A stretch of 64,000 bases of DNA from positions 310,001 through 374,000 of the forward strand of contig NW_005201732.1 of the NCBI RefSeq assembly GCF_000372725.1, read 5' to 3'. The notes beneath the pieces were generated by a model. It ran no database searches. It was not told where the DNA came from and saw only the letters and a list, made by a program, of their open reading frames with translations. This DNA is from Emiliania huxleyi CCMP1516 (taxonomy: Eukaryota). Positions within the stretch are counted from its first letter, which is position 1; each line of letters begins with the position of its first letter. Made by a program: the position numbers and the translations under genes. Below, piece after piece: positions 1 to 13,156 of the stretch.

Positions 1-1636
1 TACTCGCCGCGCCCGCTCGCTCGCCACGATCCCTCCCGCAGGTAGGAAGGCACGGTCCCCGAGCACCTCCCCATCTCGCCCGCGACAAGCGTCGCGCAAG
101 GGACAGAGTCTGTCGCCGTGGCAAAAATCCCTCTCCCCGCGCAAAACACACGGTCGAGGACCTCGCCGGGATAGTGCGCCTTTGTGCGCCTCGCCGCGTG
201 GTCGATCGCGGCACCCATGGCGGCGCGAAAGCTGGCCGCCTCGTCAGAGGTCAGGTCGGCGCGCTCCTCCGAGTGGGCCGCCCACCGCGCCGCAAAGGTG
301 TGGTGGAAGGAGAGGGCCTGCGAGCTGTGGATCCGAAACTCGGGCCCGCCGCCGCCCGGCCGCTCCGCCTCGAGCACCGACTGCACGCGCAAGTAGTTGA
401 GGCCAAGTTCGGGCAGCGGCGCCACGTCCTGCTCCTGCGCCTTGACCACGACCGGGTGCAGGCCCCACGGGGAGGGCGGGGTCAGGTCGAAGCACCTGCC
501 GTCTCGCCCGGACGGCGGCGAGGGCGAGACAAAGATGACGCGGCCGACGTCCGTGCACACGCTCCGCTTCCGCTTCCGCTTCCGCCCGTGACCGGTCGTC
601 GAGCCGCTCTCCTGCGCGTACCGCTTGCGAAGCTCCTCGCCCTCCATCTTCTCGCCCGGAAGAAAGCGGTCTCGTGGACGCACCTTGGGCACGTACCGGC
701 CCTGGAGCGGAGCGCAGAAGGGTCCGTCGCGGGGGAGGGGAGGGTGGAGGCGGTGACGGGGAGGGGGTGGCGGTGAGGGGGGCGGTGGGCGGTGATGCCG
801 CCACGCTCCACGGCGTGCGTCGCAAACCCGCGGCCGGCCCCCGCACTGGGCGAGAAGCCATCCGACTGGTCCCGACGTGCCCACCGTGAGGCGTGGCTGC
901 GTGGGGCGTGGCGGCGGCAGCAGGGGCGCGGGGCGGGCCGGGAGGGAGAGGGGCCGCAGATGCGCGCAGCGCACATTGGGCATGTGTCTGCGAAGCCTCT
1001 TGGTCGCCTCCTCCAAGCTCAAGTGCGGCGGGACGTACGGCCGTCCGGCGCTGACACTGATCCAACCGCCGTCGCTGCGGTACTCACCCACCTCCTCGCC
1101 CTCGTCGTCGCCAAAGGTGGCCACAGGCGTCAGCGCGAGTTGCGGCGTGTAAACGGCGTCGTGCTGCTCGCCTCGGCGCGTCTCCTTGCTCCTGCGGCGG
1201 CCGATGTCGCGCCACGGAAAGTCTGCCGCGGCCGCGTCGAGAGGCACGACGTAGGTGCTGTAGTCGTCCTCGGGATTGACGCAGTCGGTGCCAAACACCG
1301 TCTTGTGAATCTACGAGGCGGGGACGAGCGCTCAACTGCGAGAGAGCCGGGACACGGACACAGCCCGCACGGGGCATTCGCCTGTCTCGCCGCAGCGCCA
1401 AATGTCTCCCATAGGCCGTGTGCAGTGAACTCGCTCCGCCACCGCTCCGCCTGCACTTGGTCGGGAAGGAGTCGATGCGGATCAAAGGCGAGGCAGCGCG
1501 TGGCGCGGAGCTGAAAGAAGTCGGCGTCGAGGATCTCGAGTATCACGACGGGCCGGCTGGCGCCCGACGCGTCGTCGCGCAAGAGAGCACACAGCAGCTT
1601 GTCGGCGCGCATGAGGGCAAGGGACACAGCTCGCAC
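1..1636 (-). CDS. Hypothetical multi-exon protein, continues past the window start; basic NLS-like stretch
   Basis: Joinable minus-strand exons (ADKLLCALLRDD..., IHKTVFGTDCVNPEDDY..., GRYVPKVRPRD...GRKRKRKRSVC...); no family recognised; start uncertain. Confidence 0.45.
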
Positions 1637-1702
1637 ACCAAATGTTTTTCTTTCGTTGTATGAGGGTCAGCTCGGCTAGGGTTGCGCAGCTATGAACAGG
1701 AG

Positions 1703-1779
1703 CGAGTTCGTGCTGCGCTAGGCTCAGACGGCGTGTTCGCGCTGCGCTAGGCTCAGTACGGCGAGTTCGCGCTCTGCGG
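1703..1779. repeat. ~30-bp tandem repeat, about 2.5 copies
   Basis: Repeated unit cg(a/t)gttcg(t/c)gctgcgctaggctcag(t)acgg. Confidence 0.75.
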
Positions 1780-2897
1780 CAAGGCTCTCTTGCGGAGAAT
1801 TTATCTCTCGGCTGCGTTGGCTCGCCAAAGTATTTGTTCTCGATGGCGCTGGGTCCGCTGACTGGGGCGGGCGTGGGTGTGCGTGTTTTGTAGAGAAGCA
1901 AAAACGCACGTCGTCCGGGTTCTGTCGTGTGCGTCGAGCGTGCGGGCGGAGGCGAGGCTGAGCCTGTGGGCTGTGGCGAGAGCTAAGACAGAGCAGTGCG
2001 AGAGTTACACACGACACACACGACACGACAGGGACAGGGACACAGACACAGACACACACTGCGCTCCCCTCAGCGGGTAGGGAGACGCGAACCCGACGGA
2101 GTCCGGTGGTGGGGGCCCACGCAGCCAGCCCCTCCGTTGCAAAGGTGGGTGCTGAGTCGCCGCCGCCGCTCGCTCTCGAAAAGCGTCGCGCTGCTGCCCG
2201 TTCCCGGAGCGACGAGCGCGAGTTTGGTGACCAGGGCGGGGCAAGGGGGGAGAAGATGAGGACGTCACCGAGCGGGTGGAGCTGCCGGGAAGGTGGTGGG
2301 CGGGGCGTGGATGCACCTTAAACGAGCGAGTAGCGGGAAGACCGTCGATACTCCGGCGGAAGAGTGCTCCCCCGGGTTGGAATCTTTCGACAGACATTTG
2401 TTGGGCTTTAGGGCGTGGGGGGGGCGGGCCAATGCCATGGCTTCTCCTGGAGTTTGAATTAACGGACCATGCCAAGTCCCTGAAGTTCCCTGAGTGAAAC
2501 CCTCTCTGTCTCTCGCTTTTTTTCTCCCTCCCTCCCTCTCTCCCTCTCTCTCTCTCTGGCACAGCTTCGGCATTTATCGTAACGGCCTTCCGCACGGCGG
2601 GTAACTATGTTCGGCACCAAGAGGTAAAGAAGAAAACCGTCGCGCGCGCCTCCAGCCTCTTGCTTGCCGAACGACGCCACCAACTCGCTGTACGAGACCG
2701 ACATGTCACGTGCGCACGTTTAAAAGACACGCCCCCACCCGTGGCCTCTCGGAGACTGTCCGAAGGGGCCGTGGGCATACGCGTCGTCCCGATACGATGC
2801 CGGCGAGCCGCACGCTGTCCGTTGCGGCGCGTGCGGCGCGCCAGCTCCGCCTCTCCTAGGCTGCCGGTCTCCCGTCGCAGGACGGACGTCGGTGAAG

Positions 2898-4445
2898 ATG
2901 CTGGACAAGGAGATGAAGCGAGCGGCGCTTGAGAAGAAGAAGAAGCCGGAGCAGAAGAGGACGCAGCCGGGACGCAGCCGGAAGGTGAACTTCAGTTTAG
3001 CCCGCCCCGCCACCGGCCCCGCTGCCGTCACCGACCCCTCTTCGCACAGGCCCCGGGCAACAAGGGCCCATGCGGCGAGAACATGCGCAAGCGCAGCATG
3101 GCAGCCGACTCCGAGGAGAAGGTCCTGGCCCGCGCCGCTGCCGCCGCGGCAAAGGTGTCTCCCCTCGGTGTCCCCTCCCCTGCTCGGTGTCCCCTCCCCC
3201 TCGCCTCGCCTGTGCTCCCCTCTCTTGCCCCCGCCCCGCCCCCGCCCCGCTGCTCCCCGCCTCGCCTGGCATACGCCCAATCCAGGCAGCCAGCGTCCAG
3301 CCCAGCCCCGTCTCGCCGCACGGAGTCTCTCGCCTCGCCCAGCCTCACTTCGTTCATACCTGACCCGCCGGCGGCCCCGGGTCGCCCCTGCTTGCAGGCG
3401 CGCGACTCGGCCAAGCGCAATCTAAAGGGCGATCGAAAGGCTCGCAAGGAGCGGGGCGTCAAGGAGGCCACCCGATCGGGGTGGCATCGCCGCAAGATCG
3501 AGAGCTGCTGGCGGCACCTCAACGGCGCGACCATCGAGGGCGACGATGCACTGTGGATCGATGACGGCGAGGGCGGCACGAAGCTGGCGACAAACTTCGA
3601 CCGGCTGGCCCTCGCGCTCGAGGAGCTGTCAAAGCTCCGCTGCGAGAACGAGATGTTCGACTTCGCTTGCCTCTCGATTCAGCGCGCCAATCGCATCTTT
3701 GCGGCGGGGCGAGGCGCGTTCGAGAAGGTCTTCAGCGGGCCGGGGGAGCCACTCGTGGCAACGTACCGGCTCGACCTCGTGGCCGACATGTACGAGGGGC
3801 CGCTCAAGGCGCAGGTGGAGCTCTGCGACCTGCTCAAGAATGTACACACGCTGATGCTCGAGTCGGAGTTCTACACGCGCGGCGAGGAGTACACGCGGGG
3901 CAAGTGCATCTACGGACTGCTGGTGTGTGAAAGACGTCTCGAGGCGGGGCGAGTTGTGCGGTCTCCCATACTCGACGCTGTGGATATAGGCCAACCTGCA
4001 CGCGGAGGTGGGGGGGCAGCCCTCCAAGCGGCAGCAGGAGGCGCTCACAGAGGAGACGCACGCCGACGCCGAGGACGTCCGCAAGCTGATGGCGCTCGAG
4101 GCGGAGGGCGCCATCTTTGGCGAGACCACCCTCGAGATCTTCTATGGGACAAAGGTCTGCTACGCGGCGAGGCTGTCTGCGCTCTCGTTCGAGGCTGACT
4201 CGGAGCTGCGCGACGCGCTGCTCGACTTCCGCAACAACTACCACTCACAGGGGAAGCTCGCCAAGGGCAAGGGCAAGGTCAAGGGATGCCCAGGGAAGCT
4301 CGCGGTGAGGAATCTCGTCAACCACTGGCGCCACCACAAGGTCCCCCCACCCATCTGGGGGCACGGATACCGCATCTCGACCATGTGCTGGATCGGCAAG
4401 CGATCCCGCCCGATGGTGGCTGAGCGCGACCTCCGCCGCAAGTAA
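2898..4445 (+). CDS. Putative divergent 2OG-Fe(II) dioxygenase (AlkB-like C-terminus), at least 3 introns
   Basis: GT-AG introns at about 2985-3049, 3155-3397 and 3923-3989 join the ORFs. The C-terminus has LLANL...THADAE...SALSFEA...WRHHKVPP...YRISTMCW. There may be a further 5' exon. Confidence 0.5.
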
Positions 4446-4937
4446 GGTTTGAACCGGAAAGGCCTTGCCGGAGCTCTTGTCTACTTTATCCCTCGTGTGG
4501 TGCGGAAGGCTCAAGGGAGGGAGGGAGACTGAGAGTGTATCTTCTCTGAATCGGCGTGCGTGTTTTGGTACTGGGGCTACGGAAGCGAGCTCAACGGCTC
4601 GCGAGGCTGGCGGTCGCGCGACCCGTGCGAGGTGCCTTGGCGCCTGACCCCAGGGGCGAGTCGGCGCCGGCCGCCGACTGGCTCTACTGCAGCGTCGACT
4701 GCATGCCCTCGCGGCGGTACTGCCAGCGGCCGTTCGGGGTCGAGTCGAACTTTTCACTGCGGGAGGGGACCGCGGTGCCGGTGCCGTTGAGAAAAATGTG
4801 ACTCAACGATGTGTCACAGTTCGTCATATTTCATAGACGACATTTTTCTCAGAATGCCCCCTCCTTGCTTGGCGAGGAAACCCTGGTGGGCAGCTGTACG
4901 ATGGGCGCAGCAACCGGGGGTGGGGGGGCGCGGCAGC

Positions 4938-7630
4938 TTAAATAAATAAATAAATAAAACGGACACCTCTACTGTGAGATGGGTAAAAAGGAACAGGTCC
5001 CCGCCCTTGCGATGTTTTTGTGCAGGGTTCTTTGCGGCAGCTTGTCTTTTTTCGCTCCCGTGTTTTGTTCTCCTCCACACCCAGATAGACGAGACACAAC
5101 GAGATGGCTGAGTACTTTGCAGGCGGCGGGTATCTCTGGACGCACACTGATCCACAACGGATCTGGAGGCGGGAAACCTTTCGCGCCACCTCCGTCTCCT
5201 CCTTGCTGTCGTCGAGGACGAGGGTGCCGCCATAGTGAACCCCTTCTTCCGGAGCTGCCAGGCCAGCCCCTGCGCGCGTGTCATCAGGCGCGTATGCCGG
5301 CCAGAAGCACGCAAGCTTGTGCCGGAAGTAGCAGTAGAAGAGGCAGAGGAGGGTGGGCAGCGCGACGGCCCATGTGGCGAGCACAATGTGGCGATCGAAG
5401 GTGAGCGGCGCCTCGTTGCGGTCGCACTTTGGGTCGGGGCCGACGCCGACCCCCCACGCGGTGTGGTTGATCCGGATGGGCAGCGGCAGTGCCGCCGTCA
5501 GGCGGTGGCGACCCTCGTCGTGGGTGTGCACGAATGGCGGCATTTGGACGAGGTTGAAAGCATACCTGTTCGGCAGAGCCCCGGCGCCGCCAGGAGGCAT
5601 GTCGATCTGGACCTGCTGCAGCGCCTCCTCGTAGCCCTGCAGGTCCGTGCGCAAGCGCTGCGAAATCTCCTCCACGCCTCGAGCCACGCCGAGGGCGCTC
5701 AGGGCCTCGAGCAGAAATGCTCTTGCCCGCAGAGTCACGATGGCAGTGTGCGCTCGCCACACTGCGCACATCGCACCAGCTGGGTCTGCGGGCGCCGAAT
5801 GCTCGCGAACGTAGGTGAGCAGTGCCGATGCGGTGGCCGGGCGAAACGCGGGCCCACCCATGTGCGCTGCAAGGTCGGCTCGTTCGCTAGCCGAGATCGC
5901 CTCGGCCCCGACATAGAGCCTTGCTGAGCCGGAGCCCTCCGCTGACGGCGCAAGCAGCGAACGCATCATCCGGGTGTGCATCGCCTCGACCTCGTTGTAG
6001 ATGTGCCTACAATGGACGGAACGCCCTCGCGCAAGGGTGGGACGAGTAGTGCTGCCACCCTTCCCTTCCCAAATCGCGCCCATAGTCAGCCGACGCCGCG
6101 CCATGAGCCGCTCGCGTCAACTGCCCAGCGACAGCTTCAGCCGCAGCAAGTACCTCACGACGCGTAGCCTCCTCGCTGTCGAGTGGGGGGCCTGGCGCAT
6201 GGGGCCATGGTGCGCCTCGCGGGGTGAGACTCGTGCGTGGCCGCGCCACTAATAGGGCTACTCTCATCGCACCGAGTCTCTCGAAAGCCCCATTGCGTAC
6301 GAGAGGGAGCACATCGCCGAGCATGAAGGCCTCTGCAGTGACTCCCGCCGCGGCGCGGAGCGTCGTGCCTGCAACATCCACTGCAGGTTTACGGCCACAG
6401 GATAGGGGGAGCAAGAGCCAGCATCAAGCAAGCCCACCGATGAGAGCCATCCGCCGGCTCCTCACTAAGCTCGGGGAGGCGCGGTCCCTCTTGTCGTAGA
6501 TCACGGCGGTTCAGCCGCCGCCGCGACGGGTCTACCCCCGGTGGGCTCGCACGGCCCGACTCCCCTCGCAGAGGCCGAGTCAGCTCGACTCTCACCTCCC
6601 CCGACAGTTGACTCCAGGCCTCACCCGGGGCCCTCCGGTCCCGGCCTTCCGGTCCGCCGGCTGACCCGCTGTCTCCCCACGGCACCACCCCCCCCCCGGA
6701 CCCCTCCCCCGGGTACCCCAGCCTCCGACGGGCCAGTTCCGGGCCCCCCAGGCTCCGCGTGGGTCGGAGTGGTGACGGCCACGCCGGCGGCGGGGGCGGA
6801 GGCGGTGGCGGGGGTGGCGGGTACGGTGGCGGCACTCGCGGTCGTAACGCCTGGTGTGGAGCCGCTGGGGCGGCCCCTTGACCCTGCAGCCGTTCCAGCG
6901 GCGGGGGCGGAGGTGGTAGTGTGGGTGGCGGAAACGGTGGCGGCACTGGCGGCCGCACCGCCTGGTGTGGAGCCCCAGCGGCGGCCCCTCGACCCAGCGG
7001 CCGCTCCAGCCGCGGGGGCGGAGGCGGTGGTGGTGGGGGCGGGCCTGGTGGCGGTGCCGGCCGCCGCAACTCCTGGAGCGGGGCCTCGGGGGCGGCCCCC
7101 TGCCCCTGCGGTCGTTCCAGCCGCGGTTCCACGCGTCGGCCGTCCACCGCGCTCGTGGGGGGGGGCCTAGCTCTCGTCTCCCCTCGGGAAGGGGAGGGGC
7201 CCGGATTCGCCGACGGCCCCGCCTCTCCCTGCATCAGGCCGTAGACTGCGCAGTAGCCGCGCCGCATCCCCCCTCACCCGGTCCCTCTCGATTCGGTCCC
7301 GCACCGACCGGATATCAAAGGCCGAGCTGTGTTCGGAGAGCGGGCCCGCCGATGCCACACGCCTCTTCACACAGCAGGCGTACGCCTTCATCGCCTGTCT
7401 CCCCGACGGCGTCGGTCCCGGTGCAATGTCGTTGACGAGGTAGTCCTACCCCTCCCACCGGAAAACCTGTCCAAGAAGGTCCGTCGAGCCAACCAGTCGT
7501 CTTGCCAGGCTCCGCACCTCCCGCGCCTGCACTGGCCTGAGAACGCCGGTGCCAGCCGCGAACGACAGACCGATCGCCCTAAGTTCCGCCAGGACCGCCT
7601 TCTCGCCCGCCGCCGCGGCCGCTCGATCCA
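4938..7630 (-). pseudogene. Degenerate intronless ORF chain of unknown function, possibly from a mobile element
   Basis: ORFs 7446-7630 and 7167-7391 share a frame separated by one TAG. Further frameshifted pieces lie at 6389-7267, 6007-6414 and 4938-6104. No transposase or RT motif was seen. Confidence 0.3.
6787..7140. repeat. 111-bp tandem repeat (~3.2 copies), 37-aa Pro-rich unit on the minus strand
   Basis: Unit starts near 6787, 6898 and 7009; minus translation repeats LER(P/L)xGxGAA...PPPP. Confidence 0.85.
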
Positions 7631-8103
7631 TCTCGGCCGATTTTATTATTGTTTTAAGTTTAAGCGCAGACCTCGAGAGATTTGAACCGGCTTTTCGCAT
7701 GTGTTCAGTATAATGCGAGAAGGGACATCCGATTCCTGATCCTGTTTGCCCTATTCGCCGCGCTCGGCCCCCGCTCGCTCTGATCGTTGACGAAATAGAC
7801 GCGCTCACAACGCGCGCACCACACATGAAAACACAAGCGACAAGGGGACACGCCACTGCGCGCGCCGCGGTAGCGTGGAAACGCACGTCTATCTCGTCAC
7901 ACCTATGGCGTCGGCGGAGGGTTCGCCGTCTCGGCCTCTCGCGTGCGCGCACGCACGCTGGCTGGCGTCCAGCTCGCCTCAGAGCGAGCCAGCGCGCGGC
8001 GGGGCCCTCTCGCCTGGCACGCCACGACGCTGCGACCGACCCACGGCGGCCCGCCTCCGCCACCTCTGCCCCCCCCACCGGCTCGGCGCTCCGGGCGGTC
8101 GCC

Positions 8104-10379
8104 TCAGAGCGGGATGTTGGAGTGCTTCTTCCACGGCCGCTGCACCTGCTTGTCGCGGAGCAGCTCGAGGTCCTCGCAGATGCGGGTGCGCGTCTCGCTC
8201 GGCGAGATGACCGCGTCGACGAAGCCGCGCTGCGCGGCGACGAGCGGGTTCGCAAACTTGGCCTCGTACCGCAGGGTCTCCTCCTCGACGTTCTTGCCGC
8301 GAAAGATGATCTCGACCGCGCCCTTGGCGCCCATCACGGCAACCTCGGCCGACGGCCACGCGTAGTTGACGTCGGCGCGCAGGTGCTTTGAGGACATGAC
8401 GTCGTACGCGCCGCCGTACGCCTTGCGCGTGATGACCGTCACCTTGGGCACCGTCGCCTCGGCGTACGCGAAGAGGAGCTTCGCGCCGTGCCGGATGATG
8501 CCGCCGTGCTCCTGAGCGCGGCCGGGCAGGAAGCCGGGCACCTGTGCGTCGGGGGCCGGAGAGGTCGGGGGAGGGTCCGGGGAGGGTCCGCGTGGCACGG
8601 AGGCGGGGGCACGTCGACGAATGTGAGGAGCGGGATGTTGAAGCAGTCGCAGAAGCGGACGAAGCGGGCAGCCTTGGCCGAGGCGTCGATGTCGAGGCAG
8701 CCCGCCAGCTCCTGCGGCTGGTTCGCGACGATGCCGACCGTCGCCCCCTCCATCCGCCCAAAGCCGGTGATGATGTTCTTCGCGTAGCTGGGCGAGACCT
8801 GCGCGCACACGCCGCGAGTCAGTTCTCGAGTCTCGAGAGAAAGCAGCCACGCCAGTCGAGGGGGAGGCCTCGAGCAGCTCGCGGTCATCGAGCACGCGCC
8901 GCACCAGCGCGCCCATGTCGTACGGCACGTTGGGATCCTATTCACAGCGGCAGGTGTGAAGAGACGCTGTTCACAGCTCCGCCCATGTCGTACGGCACGG
9001 CGGGATCCTCGGGGACAATCCGGTCGAGCGCCGAGTCTTGGCGCGGGGAGGGCGACGGTGAGGGGCGGGGGGGCGGATCCTGAGCGGTCGCGAGGGGAGG
9101 GGCGGGCAAAGGAGAGGGGCGGGCAAGGGGAGTGGCGGGCGGGTGGGAGCGAGGCGCGGCAGGGAGGGGAGAGGCGGCGAGATGCGGAGAGGCGGCGGGA
9201 TGCGGAGAGGCGGCGGCGAGGAGCGGCGGTGGGAGTGAGGCTCGCCTTTGCGCGCGCGCGAGTCCTCCGTCTCGCGAACCTGCGGGGCGAGGAGCAGGGT
9301 GAAGAAGGGCGGGGCGAGGAGCAGGGCGAAGAAGGGCGGGGCGAGGAGCAGGGTGAAGAAGGGGACAGGGGCGCGACAGGGGGCACGCCACCGGGCGTGT
9401 GTGCGTCCCGGGCGCCAGTGGGGCGGGTCGAGACGCCCTGGGCGGCGGCGAGGCGGGCCGTGGACGGCGGCGCGGCGGGAAAGGGTCACGGGGAGCATAG
9501 GGTCACGGGGAGCGTCTCGGAAAGTCGCACCGGCGGAGGCTCGCGGTTGGAGGAGGGGAGGAAGCCGACCAGACGGCGGAGAGCGGACATGGCCTCGAGG
9601 TCGTTGGCGGCGGAGAGGTGCGCCACGCCCGACGTGCGCGTGTGCGTGCGCGAGCCGCCCAGCTCCTCCGCCGTGATGACCTCGTTGGTGACTGTCTTGA
9701 CAACCTCGGGGCCCGTCACAAACATGTACGACGTGTGGTCAACCATCATCGTGAAGTCGGTCATGGCGGGCGAGTAGACGGCGCCGCCCGCGCACGGCCC
9801 CATGATTACCGAGAGCTGCGGCACCACCCCCGACGCCTCCACGTTCCGCTGGAAGACCTCGGCGTACCCGGCGAGCGACGCGATCCCTTCTTGGATCCGC
9901 GCGCCGCCAGAGTCGTTGAGCCCGATGACGGGCGCGCCGACGAGCATCGCCTGGTCCATGACCTTGCAGATCTTCTCCGCGTGCGACTCCGACAGCGACC
10001 CGCCGAACACTGTGAAGTCCTGCGAAAATACAAACACCCGCCGGCCGTCGACGAGGCCGTGGCCCGTCACGACGCCGTCGCCCGGCGGCACCTGCTCCTG
10101 CATGCCAAAGTCGATGCAGCGGTGCGCCTTGAGCGCGTCGTACTCGCGGAAGCTGCCCGGGTCGAGGAACAGCTCCAGTCGCTCGCGCGCCGTCAGCTTG
10201 CCGCGGTTGTGCTGCGACGCGATCCGCTGCTCGCCGCCGCCAAGCTGCGACGCGAGCACCTGCTCCTCGAGGCGCCGCCGGACGGAGGCCGCCTTGGCGA
10301 GGTGCGGCGGCGCCGCCAGCGCAGCGTTCGACGAGCTGCTCCGCGCGAAGAGGCGCACGGAGCGGGCCAGTCCAGCCAT
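8104..10379 (-). CDS. PCCB: Propionyl-CoA carboxylase beta chain, mitochondrial-type presequence, multi-exon
   Basis: [64 protein letters not shown]-terminal [10 protein letters not shown]. Confidence 0.97.
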
Positions 10380-11073
10380 TGATGAGAGATGTGTGTGCTC
10401 CGTGCCCAAGTCGGCGCGTGTTGGAAGAAATCCCAAAAATAACGAAACCTAGCGCAAGGCACTTCTCGTGCTCCAAGAGTGCGAGCTGCGAGGTTAGGTC
10501 TGGCTGTGTTTCTCCCCATCCCTTGGACTGCTTTTTTTTCTGTTAGACGACATGGAGGAGGGGAAGGGATGCGGCCCCGCGAGCGAGCATCCGAGGGATC
10601 TTCGTCATCACACGCATGCGGTCTCTCTCTCTCGTTTTTGTGTCTCTCTTTCGCTACGTGTTCAACGACGTTGAACAGTGTTTGACCACGGCGCTGTTCA
10701 CAGCGCGCGCGGACGGCAGTTCTGCGAGTCCCGCTCCGCAGGACTTTTGTAAAGCATGCTTGTGACTTGGTATTGCTAAAAATCTCTCTCTCTGCTTGTG
10801 NNNNNNNNNNNNNNNNNNNNNNNNNNNNNNNNNNNNNNNNNNNNNNNNNNNNNNNNNNNNNNNNNNNNNNNNNNNNNNNNNNNNNNNNNNNNNNNNNNNN
10901 AGGAACCGCCCCTTGCACGCCTGGACGGGCTGCGCGAGCCTGGAGGGGCGGGGGGGGGGCGGGTCGTGCGGGCGGGGCGGGGGGGGGGCGTGTGGACCGG
11001 CGGCCGGTGCGGTGCGGTCGCCTTGGTAGCTTCACAGTGTGGCGGCGGCCTGGCAGTATCTGCTCTGTGCCTT

Positions 11074-11074
11074 G

Positions 11075-11134
<60 letters not shown>

Positions 11135-11200
11135 CGTGCGTGTGTGTGTGTGTGTGTGTGTGTTTGCGTGCGTGCGTGTGTGTGTGTCCGTGTGTGTCTG

Positions 11201-11238
<38 letters not shown>
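11074..11238. repeat. (TG)n microsatellite
   Basis: Directly visible. Confidence 0.98.
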
Positions 11239-11240
<2 letters not shown>

Positions 11241-11249
11241 CGTGCGTGC

Positions 11250-12583
11250 GTGCCGCTGCAGGTCGATCTCGTCGAGGAAGACGACGCCTGGCGATCCGTT
11301 GGAGTTATTAGTTATTCAGCGCTATAGTGATTACTCCGCTCGATCTCGTCGAGGGAGAACGCCTTCTCCGACGACGGTGGCGGAGCCGTAGGAGAGGACG
11401 ACGTCGCCGTGGAAGGGCACGTGCTGCGTGATGTGCCTACAGCCGCCCCCCCCCGGCCAACCGAGGACGCGTCATCTGCGCCGCTCACACGCCGCCGCAC
11501 CCCCGCGCCGCCGCTCGCATGCTGAGAGTCGCGGTGATGCCGATGCATGTCTAGGAAGTGTCTCGGAAGTGTCTAGGAAGTGTCTCGCATGCTGAGAGTC
11601 GCGGTGATGCCGATGCGGCGGAGGCGGAGGACGAGCTGGTCGGGCATGGTCTGGTACCAGGGCGAGTCCCAGCACACGCCGAAGGTCCACCTCCCGTGGT
11701 GCACCTCCTCCACCACCAGCGAGTCGAGCACCAGCCGCGAGCCTACAGGACCGCTCGCGCAAGGCTCCGCAAAGGCGCGGCAAGGCGGCGACACCTCCTC
11801 CACCGCCAGCGAGTTGGAGCACGAGCCTGTGCCGTGTACGGCGGGGGCCCCACAGCCGGAATACGCCGTATTCCAGCGGCGCGGAACCGAGCCAGTGCCG
11901 GACCGGGCGGGAGGCGCATCTGGCAAGCGTCTCATCTAGCAAGCGCCTGGCCCGAGCGACTGCGGCTCGTTCGGCAGCGCGTCAACCTCGAAAGGGGTGC
12001 GGAAGGTGGCGTCGAGGAGGGTCTCGACGCCCTCGGTCAGGCGCTCAGAGTTCTTGTCGAACCGCTGGCACCCTTCCGGCAGCGGCGGGAAGTCGGGGTC
12101 GTACCTCTCGAGCAGCGCGGCCGTCTCGTTTTGAGAGAGCAGCGCGGCGCGCTTCTGCTCCCAATAGTAGCGGTACGCGGGTGTCCAGAAGATGAGGGCG
12201 TTGAGCATGAGCGCCGCGGTGAGGGCCAGCAAGGTGAAGAGGACCAGCGGCCAGAGGAAGCGGCGCAGCCCCCCCGGCGAGCTCTCCACGTCGGCGATGC
12301 TCATGCAGAGTGTCCTCGAGACACCCGACAGGCCCTTGGCCTCGTCCATAAAGGTCGGGCCGCTCAGGCCACCCATCGCGGACCGGGAGCGGGCGAGGTT
12401 GGGCTTGGCTCCGAGCGAGCGAGTCGTTGGGGCCTGCGTCTCTGGTGGAGAGAGCACATCCCCGTCGGCGGCGTCTTGCGCCACCGCCGACAAGCGCCTG
12501 GTCTGGATGTACTCCCTGGTCGGCTTGTCGCAGAGCGGCTCGTTTGGCTTGAGCGAGCCGGCAGCAACCCTCGTGGGTGGCAT
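11250..12583 (-). CDS. Hypothetical single-pass membrane protein, multi-exon; 3' end lost in the (CA)n tract and gap
   Basis: ORF 11936-12583 has a TM segment ([25 protein letters not shown]). Downstream exons splice in frame: ...[44 protein letters not shown]. Confidence 0.6.
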
Positions 12584-13156
12584 AGAGAGTTGGGCTTACC
12601 AAGATCGGCCGAACGCGATCAAATCGTCCAGGACGAAACGAGGCGGCACAGCGCCTTGCCTTGCAGTGTGATGTACTGGGTACCGTTTGCGAGGGAAGAA
12701 ATCATGGGGCCGCGAGTCCCATGCCAGGCAGGTTTGCCGTTCTACCCCCACCGGCCTTTGAAAAGAACAACGCGACGCGTGTTGGCCGGACCGCATCCGC
12801 GCCCGCCTTTCTGGCCTCTCGCCGTGGGCGCGCGCGGCGATCCAAGTTGCGAGGTTCCCAACACCCGCGAACTGGGGGAAAAAGTCAAGACCAGCTTTAA
12901 ATGATACGCACAGGCGCCACAGCGCACCGCGCTGCAGGAAAAGACAAATCGCACATGAGATTGGGCTTAGCACATGGAGATTTTCCGGAGAGGGGTGTGG
13001 GTGGACTATAGGCCTCTCGTCTTGCGGACAGTGCGCCGCGAGCAGAGAGCAGGGGCGAGAGCGGGGCGTCGCAAGGGGGGCGCGAGGAGCTAAGTCGATC
13101 CAGACGAGCACGACCGCTCACACGAGAGGTTGTGGAGCGCGAGGCGCTGCGCCGCC

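Noticed and set aside
4938..5600. Possible TET/JBP-like dioxygenase (CDRN...GGTLVL...ISLCLVY)
   Set aside because: The metal-binding His residues are not in the expected positions; resemblance too weak without a profile search
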